A DNA stretch of 64,000 nt from Catajapyx aquilonaris (Eukaryota). Positions 1 through 13,800 of the stretch are shown here, in pieces (position 1 is the stretch's first letter; each line of letters opens with the position of its first letter). The notes below the pieces were generated by a model. It saw only the letters and a list, made by a program, of their open reading frames with translations, was not told where the DNA came from and did no database searches. The stretch lies in contig KZ538088.1 in the NCBI GenBank assembly GCA_000934665.2, positions 62,001-126,000 on the forward strand. Direction: 5' to 3'. Position numbers and translations under genes: made by a program.

Positions 1-458
1 ATTTGTCATCCCAGGGGGCCCCCCGCCTCGAAGACTGACGTAGGGCAGCGATAGGCCAAAACCTCGAGGGGATCCTAAAGCGTCTATATTTTTTAAAGCC
101 CTAGTCATCCTAAGATGTTCACGGATTCCCTCGGGCCAGAAGCGCAATTTTTTGAGCAATTTCATGAGACGGGGTGGTCCACTGACGTAATCAGCTCGTG
201 CTGTTTATAAGGACGTGGATTGTAAACACCCTTGTCCCCCTTTGTAGGTGGCAGTCAAGTGACAATGGTTGAGCTAGAAAAAGCGTTTCCGCAGCAGGGA
301 TGTGAGATGCGGGTGTGTGATACACGCGTCCGTCTGTCTCTCGATGGAATTGAATAATGCAAGAAGGATTGGCCCGTCACTCTTTTTGCGACATTGCGTT
401 CTGATGAAGTGGCCGGAGTTTCACGATTCTACCTTGGGTTTTGTGACATAAGACTCAC

Positions 459-3400
459 TTGGCATAGTCGGCCTTGCAGTAGACGTTGTCGTCTTTGATG
501 AAACAGGAGGGCTGTCTGTCCAGGGCCATCTGGCAGACACAACACCGAAGGCAGCCTGCGTGCCAGCACACGCCGTTCACTTGCAGAAGAAACTTCTCGG
601 TGATGGACTCGCCACAACACGAGCAAGTCGCGCTTTCGCTCTGAAATGGACGTAAATGTCTCTTATTACCACAACTGGACAAATCTGAATCACGCAATAC
701 AAGCCCCAACAAATATTATTAATGATGACAGCTACACTGGCCATGTAACCAGCACGACGCAGTTTTATTCGTCACGTATGGCGAGACTTTGCAATTAGAA
801 AAAAGGCAATATACCACACCACACAGTGTTTTTTCTAATCATTAAACGAGCCGCATCGTGCAAAAGTCGGCTCCTCCCATTAGTCCCATATGTGAACAAA
901 GTTAACACATAAAACGCAACCATATTTAAAAAAAATAAAAAATAAACACATCGTGAGAAAATGGCAAAAACCTTTGTTTACAACCTTCCCCATAAATTCC
1001 CCCGCCTTCATTAGGCCGCCTGCTGATGAACCGAAAGGCAAACAAGGAAGGCAAAAATGGGGGATTGGGGTCAGACACTTGTTCGGTCTTCCTGAATCAC
1101 GCCTCCAAGACGGTACCGAACATCGCGCAAAAGCACCGCCACCTTTTAATCTGCATATCAAATTATCGGCAAGCTCGCGGACCCATTAACCGGCCATTGT
1201 CTTTCCGATGGCCGCCAATCAGCCTCCGAGGCCGATCCAAAATAAGAGGCACGAGGACATATACAGGGTGTTTCTTAAATTATTAAAACAAATTTATAGG
1301 GTGAGCTGAGAGTGCCTATAGGCCCTACATAAAATGATCCCCAGAAGCCCTCAACTCACCCTATTTTGTTATATATAGGAGTGTCATTTAGTGTCCGAAG
1401 TTAGGGAGATAATTAAGTTTAACTTTTTGGGTGTAATATTATGTACTTGTAGAAGTTTGAAGCATTACAAAACACCCGGAGTGACTGGTGTCGAGTGATG
1501 AGGAGGACCCCCCGGAATAGCTTCTCTGCATGCTGCCCAATAGAAGCAAAACTGTAATTTAATAAGAAGGGGAGGGCAGCAAAAAGCGGTGAATGGCTGC
1601 CGAGGTGGGTATCCGCCATAGGAACACTGATTGTCTATTCTAATTACACGCGGCGAGGACCCGGGGCATCCATCAAAGAAAGGTCATGGTTCCTCCCACT
1701 GGCCTATTGTTGGGCCTGTGGTGTCCAGCCCATAAGCGCAGCAGTTCCGGATCCATGTAGGGTCATTCACACGAGCGACGGTGGCCCAGCGACGTTATAG
1801 GAAACGTCGTTTGAACCCGCCCATCTTGGCGCCTTTATTGAAACCCGGTCCATGCAGGTGGCAACATTAATTAACCTCCAGGGGCTATCTCCCACAGAAA
1901 AATAAATTAGTTAATTACCCAGAGGTCGCTTCCACACTGGGAAACAAGAAGGTGCAGTTATACTTACACGCGGTTCCATTCTTTGACAAAAATGAAGGGG
2001 GGCAAGCGGAAAAAAATAGTGTAATAAGTGAAGGTAATCAGTCAAGTGGTTTACACGAGTGAAAAATTGCCCCTTGTAATCTTTCTTCTTCCAGTCCCAA
2101 CAACACGGGTTACTTCAACCACGTATAGCCTAGAGGAGTTTGAAAAAAAAAAAAAGGAGAATAAATAGGTTGCTTGTCACTACCGCCACAATGCAAGGCT
2201 CGTGATGAATTATCGGGGCTAAGTGGGTCGGATTTAATTGAAACCCAGCATACGCGGTATAAACCCACACCGACACTCTTCACTACCTGGGTGGCAACAT
2301 ACACAATTAGCCTACATAACTTAATATGTGCACACCCTAGGCCAAAAATATTTGCAATCTCATGCACCAGACGGAGACAAATCGCACTCGATTTATGGTC
2401 TCCAGCCATATATTACTCTTGTAATTCCAGTCCCTGATCCCCGCGGTAACAACTCCTTCATAACCGGACGGCATCAGCAACCAGTCGTAAATTCGAGGAT
2501 TCCGGGTGTGTTTTCTTCCCATGGCGGAATCCCAAATCCGCAGCCAGTCGCCCTGAGCCATGCTGTACAACCCGTGCTAAGAAGCCCCGAAACCAGCGAT
2601 TAAGCCTGTTTTATGGCCTACCGGGTGACATTAACAGATAGGAACAACGGTGGCAACAGGCCCGTACTGCGGAGGATACACAGCAAAAGGAAAGAAAAAC
2701 CTGGCCTGATATATGGCTTGGGGGGAATCCTGACTTGATGCATGGATCAGCTTCTTCCAAAAAATAGTGGGCTATACAAGGTGGCTCAAAAAAAATATAC
2801 TGGCTGGTAATGAACTCGGCGGATCTTTATGAGTGTTTCCTGCATGTTGATATGACAGGAGGAAGTGAGGGGGGTTTCTTGCACGGTTTATCACGCTCTC
2901 AGCGTGGTACTGATCAGATACACATCTGGCATCTTGTTCCTAACACTGAGCCCAGGAGGAACTAATGTATTGTTGCCACACCAGCCGTCCGTTTTCCTCA
3001 TACAAGGCGGTACATGCTTTAATTGTCACTTGTCTAATAAAGATGTTGATGAAATAAACAATATGTAGCATTTTCCTTTATGTATACCGTACATACAGTG
3101 ATGGGGATTTGGGCAGAGTGACTGGGAATATATTTGATTTTCATAGCCAACGTTTCACTATATTCTCACGGTCAGGGATTCACACGCATAGACAAACCCC
3201 CGAAAAAATCCAGCGAGCTTCAAATGCGGATAAAATATGGTCAGATATTCTGGTTATGGAAATGGGCTTATATTTTATCAACAGCCGTTTTTTTTTTTAA
3301 AAACGACAGGAAGGGAGAGGCTGACTGGACGTGACTGTCATTGAATCAACGTGTAATCAGCAAGGTAAACATTTCTGCACATACTATGGACGAATATTAA

Positions 3401-6400
3401 TTGCCCCCGCAGCAACCTAGCTATGTTAGGCGGCAAAATGAGCAAAAAGGCGAGTGTTGGCAGTTGGGCCACCAGGGTCCAGGGGCCAAACCCCAGCTTT
3501 TGGCCCCTGTGACCCCTCCTCCTCTGGCCCCCTCTCGACATGAAAAGCCACATAGTGAACCGAAGCTGCTTAATGGGTGAAAGATGGAGCGTTGGAGTCC
3601 ATTCATCAGTCCTCTACATCCCTCCCCTCCTTTTCACAGAGGTGTAAGTGAAGCGTGTTCGCGCCCTTGTTGCCTCTAGGGCCTTATATGCCCTCGGCCA
3701 TTACAAGGGTTCCGGCCTCCCAATTTGACTCCGGGGACAATGTTGGTACCAGTAGTGCTTCTCCCCTCCATGAAGGTTTTTCCATCAAAAAGCGCAGCAG
3801 CTGCTCACATTTTGACTTTGCTTGTGGTTGTTTACCACCAGAAAAAGGGATCCATAGAGGAGGCTGGATCAACCACAAAATGAGGAATATCGGGTCATTC
3901 ATGGCTGACTGAATGAAATGGTTCGGTGTTTCTGCAAGTTACGAGAAATCATTTAAAAATCAGTTATTCCGCCAAATGGTGGTAATACTGCCATAATGTG
4001 TGTAAACTGAGACAACGACAACAAAATAATCAGTTATGCTGTTTATCGTTGCAAATATGATCCGTTACCTGCTGAAGTCATTATGACGTGATCCTCGAAC
4101 TCTATCCCGGAACCATAAAACAAAGGTGCTCGAATGCGTCATCAGAAAAAGGCAGGTGTGCTATTTTGACTAATTGAAAGTGCATGTTTTTTTTGCGCAA
4201 TCTGTGTACATATGGTGTTCCTCTGTCCATGTTGACAATCCGGGGAAACCATCGCGAAAACTTTGTGTTTGGGTTGTTTGTTCCAATATTACAGTGCTGG
4301 AAGTGCTATGACGAACAGTAATTTTAAACTGCAGAGTACCGCACCGCGGATATAATAAGATGAAAATATTGGACCACATGAACACAATCGATAGTAATCA
4401 GGAAAGCCATTAATTTGGATATACAGTATACCTGTAGGCCTATACTCTCCTAAATAGCCTAGTAGGAAACTGATAATGAGGGGTCTCAAATCAAAAACAG
4501 CCAAGCCCAGCACTTGGAAAAACTGGCCATAACATTATCAAAAACTGATTATTACTTAACTTTCACTGGTACAATCTTGAGACTTTTTACGTCCATATGT
4601 GGCCTTGTATGTTGCCGCAGTCAATTACTACCCAATAACATTATACCATCGTTATACCATACATAACTGATGCTACACGTGTTTGTTTTAGACCCCCCCC
4701 CCCCCCAATCGGTGGACCTGGCTCAGTGTTTTTGATCTGAGACACCTCATACTCAAGCATTAATATAAAAAAGTGCGCTCTAGTCCAACTTAAATATTTA
4801 CTCCACAACTTCCATCGATGAAATTTTTACGTGTTAGCCTACTTTTAAAAAAGCGGTCGTTGTAAAATGTGCAGAATAAATTAGGTCGTGCTCATTTAGC
4901 ATCTCTGAATCGTGCACATTTCTAACTTACTTAGTTGTGGAGCATGCATTGGTTTATACTGCACGGCCTTCACAATGTTAGACTATATATAACTTATAAA
5001 CTGAACTCCCAATTATTCTTGTAATCTAGCAAATATGGAAGCTTTTGGTTCTCAAAATTAATATTTTTAGTAAAACAGTGGCCCTTATAATATTATGTAT
5101 ACTGCACCTTAAGTCATCCGTTGTATTCGTGAATGTGAGTAGTATACGGCTGTACCTTGCGCCGTATTTCTTAAATACCCACGCATTTACTCTATATATA
5201 TACTTTTACCAACACATATTGGCTGTGAGATTTCTACACGTGTTTCCCCAGCAAAATAATTATACCTATAGTACCTACCACTTTTCCCTCTCGGTCCGTG
5301 AAACTGCTTCTTTATCCTATAAGTATTATATTGCCAAGTGTTTTATTGTATATGCTTGCTTTTGGTTTATTCTACTAGACGTAACTAAACTACACTTTTT
5401 CTGTAGCACATTTCTAACCGGTAACAGCATAGGATATATAGCCTAGAGTAAACAGGATAACATCGCATCGCAGTGAAAGGGACATGTTTACATTTCGATC
5501 TAGTAAAATCAGTGCACTTTTCCAAGTAGGACAAGCCTTCAAGGTGAAATATGTGATGGCCATTCAAAAGCAACATATTGAAATACTATTAGGAAAAGTA
5601 GATAGGGAGTGTTTTATAAGAAGCCTGTTATGAGTTCAACATGTTTGCCAAAATGGTTAAAATAGGGCTAGTGTTTTGCGCAATGCATTTATTTAGATCG
5701 TAGATTTTATTACGCATGGTTTTGTACCTGTATATCACTCTAAGCTCTTGTAAACCAAACATTATTATACAGCCTTGAACATCTATTAAAAACAGGAAAA
5801 TAAAATTTAGTTTTATTTACACACATGTGCTTGTGCTGTTAACTAAATGAGTGTTTCTCACCATTATATATCCAGTCTGATCGCACCGCATGCAGCAAAT
5901 TAATATCGCCCTAGGAAAACACGATATCCCAAATTAATTTCAGTGCCAGAATAAAAATTAAACAAATGTATAGGCCCGTGAAGATTCATGTCCAGGAAAG
6001 CACCCCGCCAATTCCCACAGAGTTGGACCAGACCGATACACACAAGAGAAACACCACCCTCCACAAATCTTGGGGCCGGATGACGGCCCCCGGAAAAAAG
6101 GGCCCAAAAAGCAAGCAAAGAAGGTGCCGTCATCCAGCAGCCACACACAAACCCCCCATCATCCTTGAATGATTAATATTCCGCGCCCTTCCTTCATTTA
6201 CACCTCCCCGCCACCAAGATCATTAATTAATATCAAAGAGTATGCGTGAAAGCATTTGTTCCTTTTCTCTTCCCCGCATCGCACAGATCAGACGGCAAGC
6301 TACAGTTTAGGCCTTTCAATGTTCCGACTTGGAGACGGAACATGCGTTCCACATTTATTTTCTTCCAGAAATTGCGCATACATAACTGTATAGAAAAGTT

Positions 6401-7613
6401 TCCCTCCATTTGTGTCAAATTTATATTTAAATTTAATATTACTGGCCATCTTGCAATTTTAGGACAGCTTTGAGAAAGTGCGGGTTAAATATACAATAAA
6501 AGAATCTGCAGTTGTGGACTGAACATGACTTCCGGGCCGTGACAAATGGAAGCGTGAACCTTTTGCGCTGCCAAGAGCATCACGATCCTTTTGTCTGGAG
6601 GTACGGACACCTGTCACAAAGTTCGCCACCGATTCATGAAGCCTACTCGACAATACCCACGGACATGTACGGAGAATGTTTGTTGTCAGATTGTGCGAAT
6701 CGTGATCCCAAGACGGTTTTTCGTCGCCCACTCCATATATTTTTCCTGCACTAGTAATTCCTAGCGCATCCCTTGAATGCACAGGTGATTAATCTAACGT
6801 CAAGTGGTCCTCCTTCCCAACACATCGTGATGTAGCTTCTCACATTGATGCTCGCCGCCTTCTTTGAAATGCCAGCGAAGGATGCAAAATCGCATTCAAC
6901 CCATACCATTCGCAGAAATCCGACTTACAACCAAACACTTCATATCTCACCATCTGAAGGCCGAGTTATTCAAATTCCACAGTGTCACTATTTGAAAGGT
7001 CAGTTCTGGCGGGGTTTAATTATGAGCGCGTGTCAGGGCAAAGATGACGTAGCTTAATGTTGTGTTTACTTAGCTTATTTATTCTAGGTTTTTTTTTATA
7101 CTATCGGCAGCCGATTTTGTTCAAAGCGGAGGCGGAAAAAAGGCAGGCCGCCAGTTGGGAGCACGACATTTATCACCTTTTATAAAGACCACTCCCAGTC
7201 CTAATTCCCGTCCTCGAGGAGCCTCTTAAACCCACCTGAGTTACGGCTAAGGATTTCTGGCGGCTCCCCTTTACACCCAGCCAAGGTCTTTGACCACCGA
7301 CAACCCACAAACCCCTCGTGTGTTAGGCCCAAAAAATTAATTTCCAGCCCTTAAATACAATTTGCACTAATTTAAACTCATGGGAGATGTCACCGGTTAC
7401 ATGGGACCAGTTATAGGAGCGCTCTATATCGTGTGGATGGTAACCACAAGCGATTTGAAGTGTGCTAGCAACCGGGTGAATCATGTGGAAGCAACGTACC
7501 TTCATGGTGCAGTGGTCCTCACCAGCGGTGACTGTCCATCTGCTGTGTCCCGGCGGCGGCGGCAGGTCTGCTGGGCAGTCGGGACTGGATGCGATGGGAA
7601 ATGCGGGGGCCAT
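459..7613 (-). CDS. Awh: LIM/homeobox protein Arrowhead (Lhx6/8 family), paralog A; 5' part only, gene continues past the left edge
   Basis: Exon 1 7613-7500 (MAPAFPIASS...GEDHCTMK, donor AAG|gtacgt, phase 0). Exon 2 640-459 (acceptor tttcag|, [61 protein letters not shown], donor AA|gtgagt). LIM1 zinc-ligand pattern is intact and the LDRQxSCFI..YCKADY motif is typical of Awh. Exon 1 assignment is less certain than exon 2. Confidence 0.85.
1264..1479. mobile_element. Degenerate Tc1/mariner-type MITE
   Basis: Left end TA|CAGGGTGTTTCTTAA; right end reverse-complements to CCGGGTGTTTTGTAA; internal inverted repeat atagggtgagctgag / ctcaactcaccctat. The right TA duplication is not intact. Confidence 0.45.
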
Positions 7614-7841
7614 CGCCCGGGGGCCATCCCACACCCTCCATCCCAGGGTCTGCAAACCCACCCCACCCCCACCCCCCTACCCTCTTCCCGCCCCAGCCAC
7701 ACCACCACCCCCCATTTTACTGTAGGCGGAGCTTCATCAGCTGCCTCTCACATTAGAGTCGAGCTCATTGGACGGGTTTGTGTCCAGGGCGGGGTTTGCA
7801 GATCATATGGGAGAGAGGCTGGAGGGGAGAGGGGGGGGGGG

Positions 7842-7876
7842 NNNNNNNNNNNNNNNNNNNNNNNNNNNNNNNNNNN
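7842..7876. other. Assembly gap (35 N) inside a poly-G tract
   Basis: N run flanked on both sides by G homopolymers, about 230 bp upstream of the Awh-A ATG. Confidence 0.98.
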
Positions 7877-10800
7877 TGGGGTTGGGGGGGGGGGGGGGGG
7901 GGGGGGAATAAATCGCCCGTTGCTCTGGCAACAAGAAATGGTGGTTACTACCCCCCATCTACCCACTGCTCCCATCCCCTCGATCCCCTTTTCCCAGCCT
8001 CCCTATACACTTATGGCAGTTCGACATCTCCACGACAATATGAAGTGGTAGATGGTGGTGAAAAATAACCGTGAACTCGCCAATTCCCCGAATAAGGTCG
8101 AAGGGAAAATCAATTTGGGCATGCCCTATCGTGAATAATTCTTTTAATTTATTATTGAACGACTCTCTAGATTTCCATAACTATTCTCCCCAATTATTAT
8201 TATTATTAGCATTTTCTGTATTACATGCTCGCATATTGACACTCATTACGGGAACAGTTGGCTTTTCGCAAAGTGTTGGCGCACACCCTTCTGTTCACGC
8301 CCCAGTGACTTCCGCACACCTGGTGGGCAATGGGGCCAACAAGAGATCCAAACACCAATCTCTATATCGATCGTCGCAGATACAGAATTTGTCCTCTGCA
8401 ATACTGTACTGCTGCAGCCTTTCTATAAATGAGCACAGCTGCAACATCACTTACCCCATATAAGTACCTGAGTAAACAAAGTTGACAGATGATCCTATAA
8501 GCTCGTTATGAAACAACTGTCGCCTTTATTAACAGGTGTTAAGCATCGAGGCTCCCCGATGGTAATCCTCCAGAAATGAGCATCGTCACTGGTCCGGTAA
8601 AATACCATTCTGTATCACCGAAGCATAATAGCCGAGGTTTATTATAGGCGAATCGTCCTGGCTTTTGGAAAGCAGCTCACATCACCTTTGTGCGGCAGAG
8701 AGGATCGAGTCTTGTCCGGCCTGTATGAAGTGGACAAAGTACACAAGAGTTGCGGTGGTCCGTTTTCCTTTAGGTGCTCGCTGCTGCGAACTAATCGCGG
8801 CGAGTCCCTCCTTTCCACAAGCCCACTGCCTGCCAGCCCACAAAGCCCCCTCGAAAAAGGCGTGAGAGGCCACAAAGTCACCGCAGGGGGCTCCCACCCA
8901 GTCCCAAAGTCAAGCAGGGCCTATTGCAAAGACCGCTTTATTCCCTGGCCTCCCTCCCCACCCATCCATCTATCCATCCATCCATCCATGGCCTGGTACC
9001 ACACACTGCATTCCTCCTCAGCCAGCAGCCTCTCAATGGCAGCCAGCCAGTTCATCGAAGGGTCCGTCGCATCAAAGGAGGTCTCTCCCTCCCCAAAAGT
9101 CCATTAAAGGACCGGGGATCTTCTGACCCACTGGCTCGCCATTTGTAACGATGCCTTGGAACTAACGCGGAATACACAGCACCGCGGATGGTTCTGTTCT
9201 GCTCGCACGAGGCACCATCACTTCTCGACTTGCCACCTTTCATTGTCCATCTGGGTCAAACCACCAAACCGAAGGCCCTCCCTCAGAGTTAGTCAATAGT
9301 GTTGAGCAGTGGGCCACTTTTGCCCACGAGTCCACCTCAACAATGACCCCGTATGTTGAGGGAACGACTTGAAGTGTACATAGCTAACATTGTGGAGGTC
9401 GTCTACTGTCTTGGGGGAAGGCAGGCGCGTGAAGGTTGAAATGGACATGCCCGATGCGATGAGCCAGGATTTATGTTTCCATCAGCGTATACACATGTGT
9501 GGGTGTATAGCACCGAATGTAGCATCGCATAGCCCAAGGTGTTTCGCGGATCCCCGTGGTTGGGACAGGCTCCCCCACCGTGACTCCATTTGTTCCCACA
9601 AAGGGTCCAGGTGTTGAAGGCTGCTGGGCTCCGAAGGGAAACTCGAACTGACCTGCCTCCAAGAGCCCAGCATGAAATATAAGACTGGAGGCCAGACGAA
9701 AATATATGACATGGTTAGCACTGCCCAAAAGTCAGTTCAAAAGGGGGAAGAAGTTGAGGACTGTTCATCAGCCGGTTCAAAATAGTGAAAAACAATCATA
9801 ACAACATATTGTTGCTTCCAACGGGTGGTCCAAACATTCATGGTGTTTTACTTTTTGACGTCGTATATGCTCACCTCCTACGATGCTTTTCAACATGGCG
9901 CTTTGTCCCATTTGACGTGCCTGGATTTCTGGATGAATCTGGATGTCTCCAGCGGGCAGCATTACACAACCAGGCCTTGCTTGCATGGTAGCCATTCCCC
10001 TCCCCCACCAGGGGCGCCCCGTCCCCTTGGCGAATCCAGCAACCCTCCCGCCGGCTCCAATCGTCGCCTAATCACTTCCTGCGTGTCCGGACCTGCATTG
10101 TCAACAGCGCAATTCGACGGCCCATTTTCTCCCTTGGGGGTAAGACTCCAGTCGACAGACAGGAGGGGTGGAAACTGCCTGATATCACCAGACATGGTGA
10201 CTTGGTGACACAAAAAAAAAAAAATGCCTGAAGAAAATTCCGAGACAATGTCCCTCGACATCATCAGTCATCAGGAGTATGGTTGTCGGAAAGAGAAAAA
10301 GGTAGAAAAGGAAGCGCATCCCCTCGACTCTATTTAGCGCCCTGGTCCTCCTAATAAATCGGCCTTGTTTCTTTTGTAAATAGCTTGATGGGGACACGTA
10401 ATTTATGGCCCGAGGATCATCCTTCCCAGTGGGTCTCCTGGTTTTTCCACTCCTACTAACAGTGGTACCAGGATATCGGGAGGGGGTGTATAGATAGGAC
10501 ATCCACAAGCAGGTGGTAGATGGGGAAAACTTGGGAGACGAGGGGGTGCGTGTAATTTGTCCTGGTAACGAGGACCTGTCTCCATTAATTACTGCTAATC
10601 GACACTCAATAGCAGTGGAAATCATCCATCGTATTTTCAGGAAAGATGCACATTACATATTTGCGCAAGTTTCTCGTTACTATTTCCACTTCCCATCATC
10701 AGCAGGTGCACAAAGGGTCCCTAATTTGGCATTCAGCGTACCCGCACAATTGAAACGTAAGTGCAACAGTTGACATGATCCATCCGAGTGATCCCCCAGG

Positions 10801-13800
10801 AGAGGCGTGAATTAACGGCTTATCCTGCCGGACCCCCATCGTAGTAAAGGAAGGAAGCAGCACAAGGGCCCCGTCATCACTAATAAGTATTAACTCTTTT
10901 GATGTGGAAGTTGGGGATGGGGAGACCTTCCTATACACCAACGAGGACCCTGGAGGGTCGTCCCTCAGCAGCAACCTAATCCCACAGCACGGGGCACATC
11001 CGATAATTCCCCACAATGACATGGAAATTTGGCTTCCATTGGGAAGTGGCTTGTAATCAATGCTTGTTTGAGGCCGTGTTGTTGCCGGATTAGCCTCGGG
11101 ATGGATGGTTGGATAGATCGCCACGGGCACGGCTCGATACCTATATCTTCTGCCTACAGCATGGAAACACGCTCCGATGGTTTGTTTTCAGATGGGCATG
11201 ACATAGGGTGATCGGAGAGTCCTTCCTGGGGAAAAACCCTATGCGGCCAATTAGCGGGATCTCATAGCATGGGGAGGGGGGCCCAAGGATTTCATGCTCT
11301 GTCCGGTGATTAAGTGACTTTTTCCCGGGAGCAAGTGGTACGACAATGTGTTTATTTATTGAGGGATCATATCTAATTGTTGGATTGGGGGAGGAGGGGG
11401 GGAAAGGCGAAATTAATATTTTATGGGCGGTTGCGTGCGGATTCAGGGGACACTTGGGCAGATTCTTGGCGGTGTGTCCTCAGCATGTTTGAAAGTGGGA
11501 TAAATTGTACGTGAGGAATGTCTGTATGATGGCGTCGAAAAAATGGAGCCATGTCACAAAGTTGTTTTCGGATAGCTGAAAAATGAGTGTAAGTTATTGC
11601 AAGAAGGGCTGGACCTTTTCGGAGCAAAATTTGCTGCTTGACAACTTTGCGACTCCAAAGTTTGTAATATCATGTGCAGTGTGTCCAACTCGCTTAGAAG
11701 TATCAAATTTTATTGCCCAGTTTTAATAATAACCAATGCATTTAATGCCAACTTGCTATCTCCATCATCGTTGGTGTTTAGACGGAAATGTCACTCTGTT
11801 TGTTTATTGCGAACACTGAAGGATGATAGTACCAGGGCTCATATAATAATCCTTCCAAATCCGTACATCCTCGTAATGATGCAACCACCCAAGCGAAAAA
11901 TAGTTCCCCAAGGCTACAAATTCACTAAATAAAAATTACACCACTAAACCATGTAAGCAAGGTCTTTCTTTTGTATATACCCCTGAATCCCACCCCACTC
12001 ATTCATTGTTGATGATAATGCTTGTATATGTACCGCGCAAGAAAACACATCTCTGCGGCCTGAATAGTCACTTTTACGACCTCCAAAATTCCCATAACAT
12101 TTGTCTCCACTATATGCTCTTGGTATATCTTCATTATTAATATCTGGTACATTGGTGTAAAACAAACTCCGGTTCCTATAGAGCAGCAGGTAAATGGCCT
12201 CGGGTTGAAATACGACAAGACGGCCGAAAAGAGGTTGGTAAAGTTGGCGCACGAACGGCAGACAGACGATTTACCGCCGGCTCCTCGGTTCTTAATTGCT
12301 GCCCGGGTTTAACCCTCCCCCCCTACGACGTCCAAACCAGGCTCATCAGGGGGGTATTAGCATCGTATTATCGTGATGAATCGTGAGAAGTTGCTGGTAT
12401 ACACTCGGGAACCCACCCTTTGCTCCAGGGAAATGCGCCGACGGCTTGTTGGGAGTTCCGATATACTTGGCTTAATTCATGGGGAAAAGGGCAGGGGAAA
12501 CTACCACTCCCACAACATGTTGACGTCAACAACGTCAATAGATTCATTATGAGGGGGGCCGTGGTCTTATGGAAACGAGACTGACCTTTGGAGAAGCTAA
12601 GAAAGGAACTGATGGGAGACGGGAATTTGAATTTTCCGATGTCTATAACTGTAATTCATGTACCGACTTAATATGGTACCGTCTACAAGTCATTGTAGGC
12701 GGTACTTGACGCCCGAGTCGGTACATGAAACGGTACTATATTTTCAAGTCAGTGCATATGAATGATGGGCTGCTTACAAGTCAGTACCGTAGACGGTATT
12801 TGCTGATCACAAAGTACCACCTCCGAGTTGGTACATGAATCGGCACATGTATGGAGACGGGACATAATGTAAACAACTTGCACGTCCTGAAACATCGCGT
12901 TTCTTTGTGGACACCGTGCATATATGTATAGACTCCGCTGCATATGCTAATTCCAATACAGCGATGGCCTGTCCTAATTTTAATCTGCTTTTGTCAGATG
13001 CGGCATAGAAGAAAAACATGGCTGTCCAGGGTGCGGCGGAAAAGAGTACGGAACAGATTAGGTTATGAATAATAAATAGAGCCGTGTATTAAAATTCTGT
13101 GCATCTTTCTCGTTCCCACCCTCGCGCAATCAGAAATTTTTGGATTTTACTGCTCTTTTTTCTAGAGGACGCTTCCCCTCGCAAACACAAAAAAAAGAAG
13201 GAAAAAAAGAGGACACCGGCGATGTATTGGTTTCTAGGAACGCTCGGTCCATGCAGTAAATTCAACAGGACCATCCCCTTTTTGTGCAGTGGCTCCACAT
13301 CTGACTGGCCCTCCTATTTCACAGCCGAAATATACAACAGGGACGAAAAAACATCAAAATTTGGTGTAAAACCTGGTTTCAGACCTATTTGTGTCATGGG
13401 TGTAGGTTACGACAGCCACTGTTGAAGCTTCCTAATTTTTCTATATGCACATATATGACAGAATTTACTGTATAGAAACTATATGCATGTTTTCCTTCCC
13501 CTAATTTCGTCCCTTTCATCGCCACCCTCTCATTCAGCGAAACTTGGGGGATCTCTGGCCGCCGAAGGGCAGCACAGACGCTTTTAATGAACTGCAGATT
13601 ATCCTGCTTTTTTTCCACGTGGACACAAAGGACATATCTCGAAAACAGCATTTTGTGACGGGACGGATCATTTATTTGGGACGGTTACTTAAGGTCTTCA
13701 TTAGTGAAGTTTGTTTGGATTAAGTGGGCCTGATAATTTTTTTAACAGGGTGACCTTGCCTCGTTACGTCAGAATGGGTCGGGGGTTTTATAATGGCGAT

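Noticed and set aside
7380..8051. 223-aa plus-strand ORF
   Set aside because: Antisense to Awh-A exon 1, spans the poly-G/N gap, and has no recognisable domain.
8642..11130. Several 100-146 aa ORFs in the GC-rich stretch between the Awh genes
   Set aside because: No family motifs and no phase-consistent exon chain; expected by chance in GC-rich DNA.
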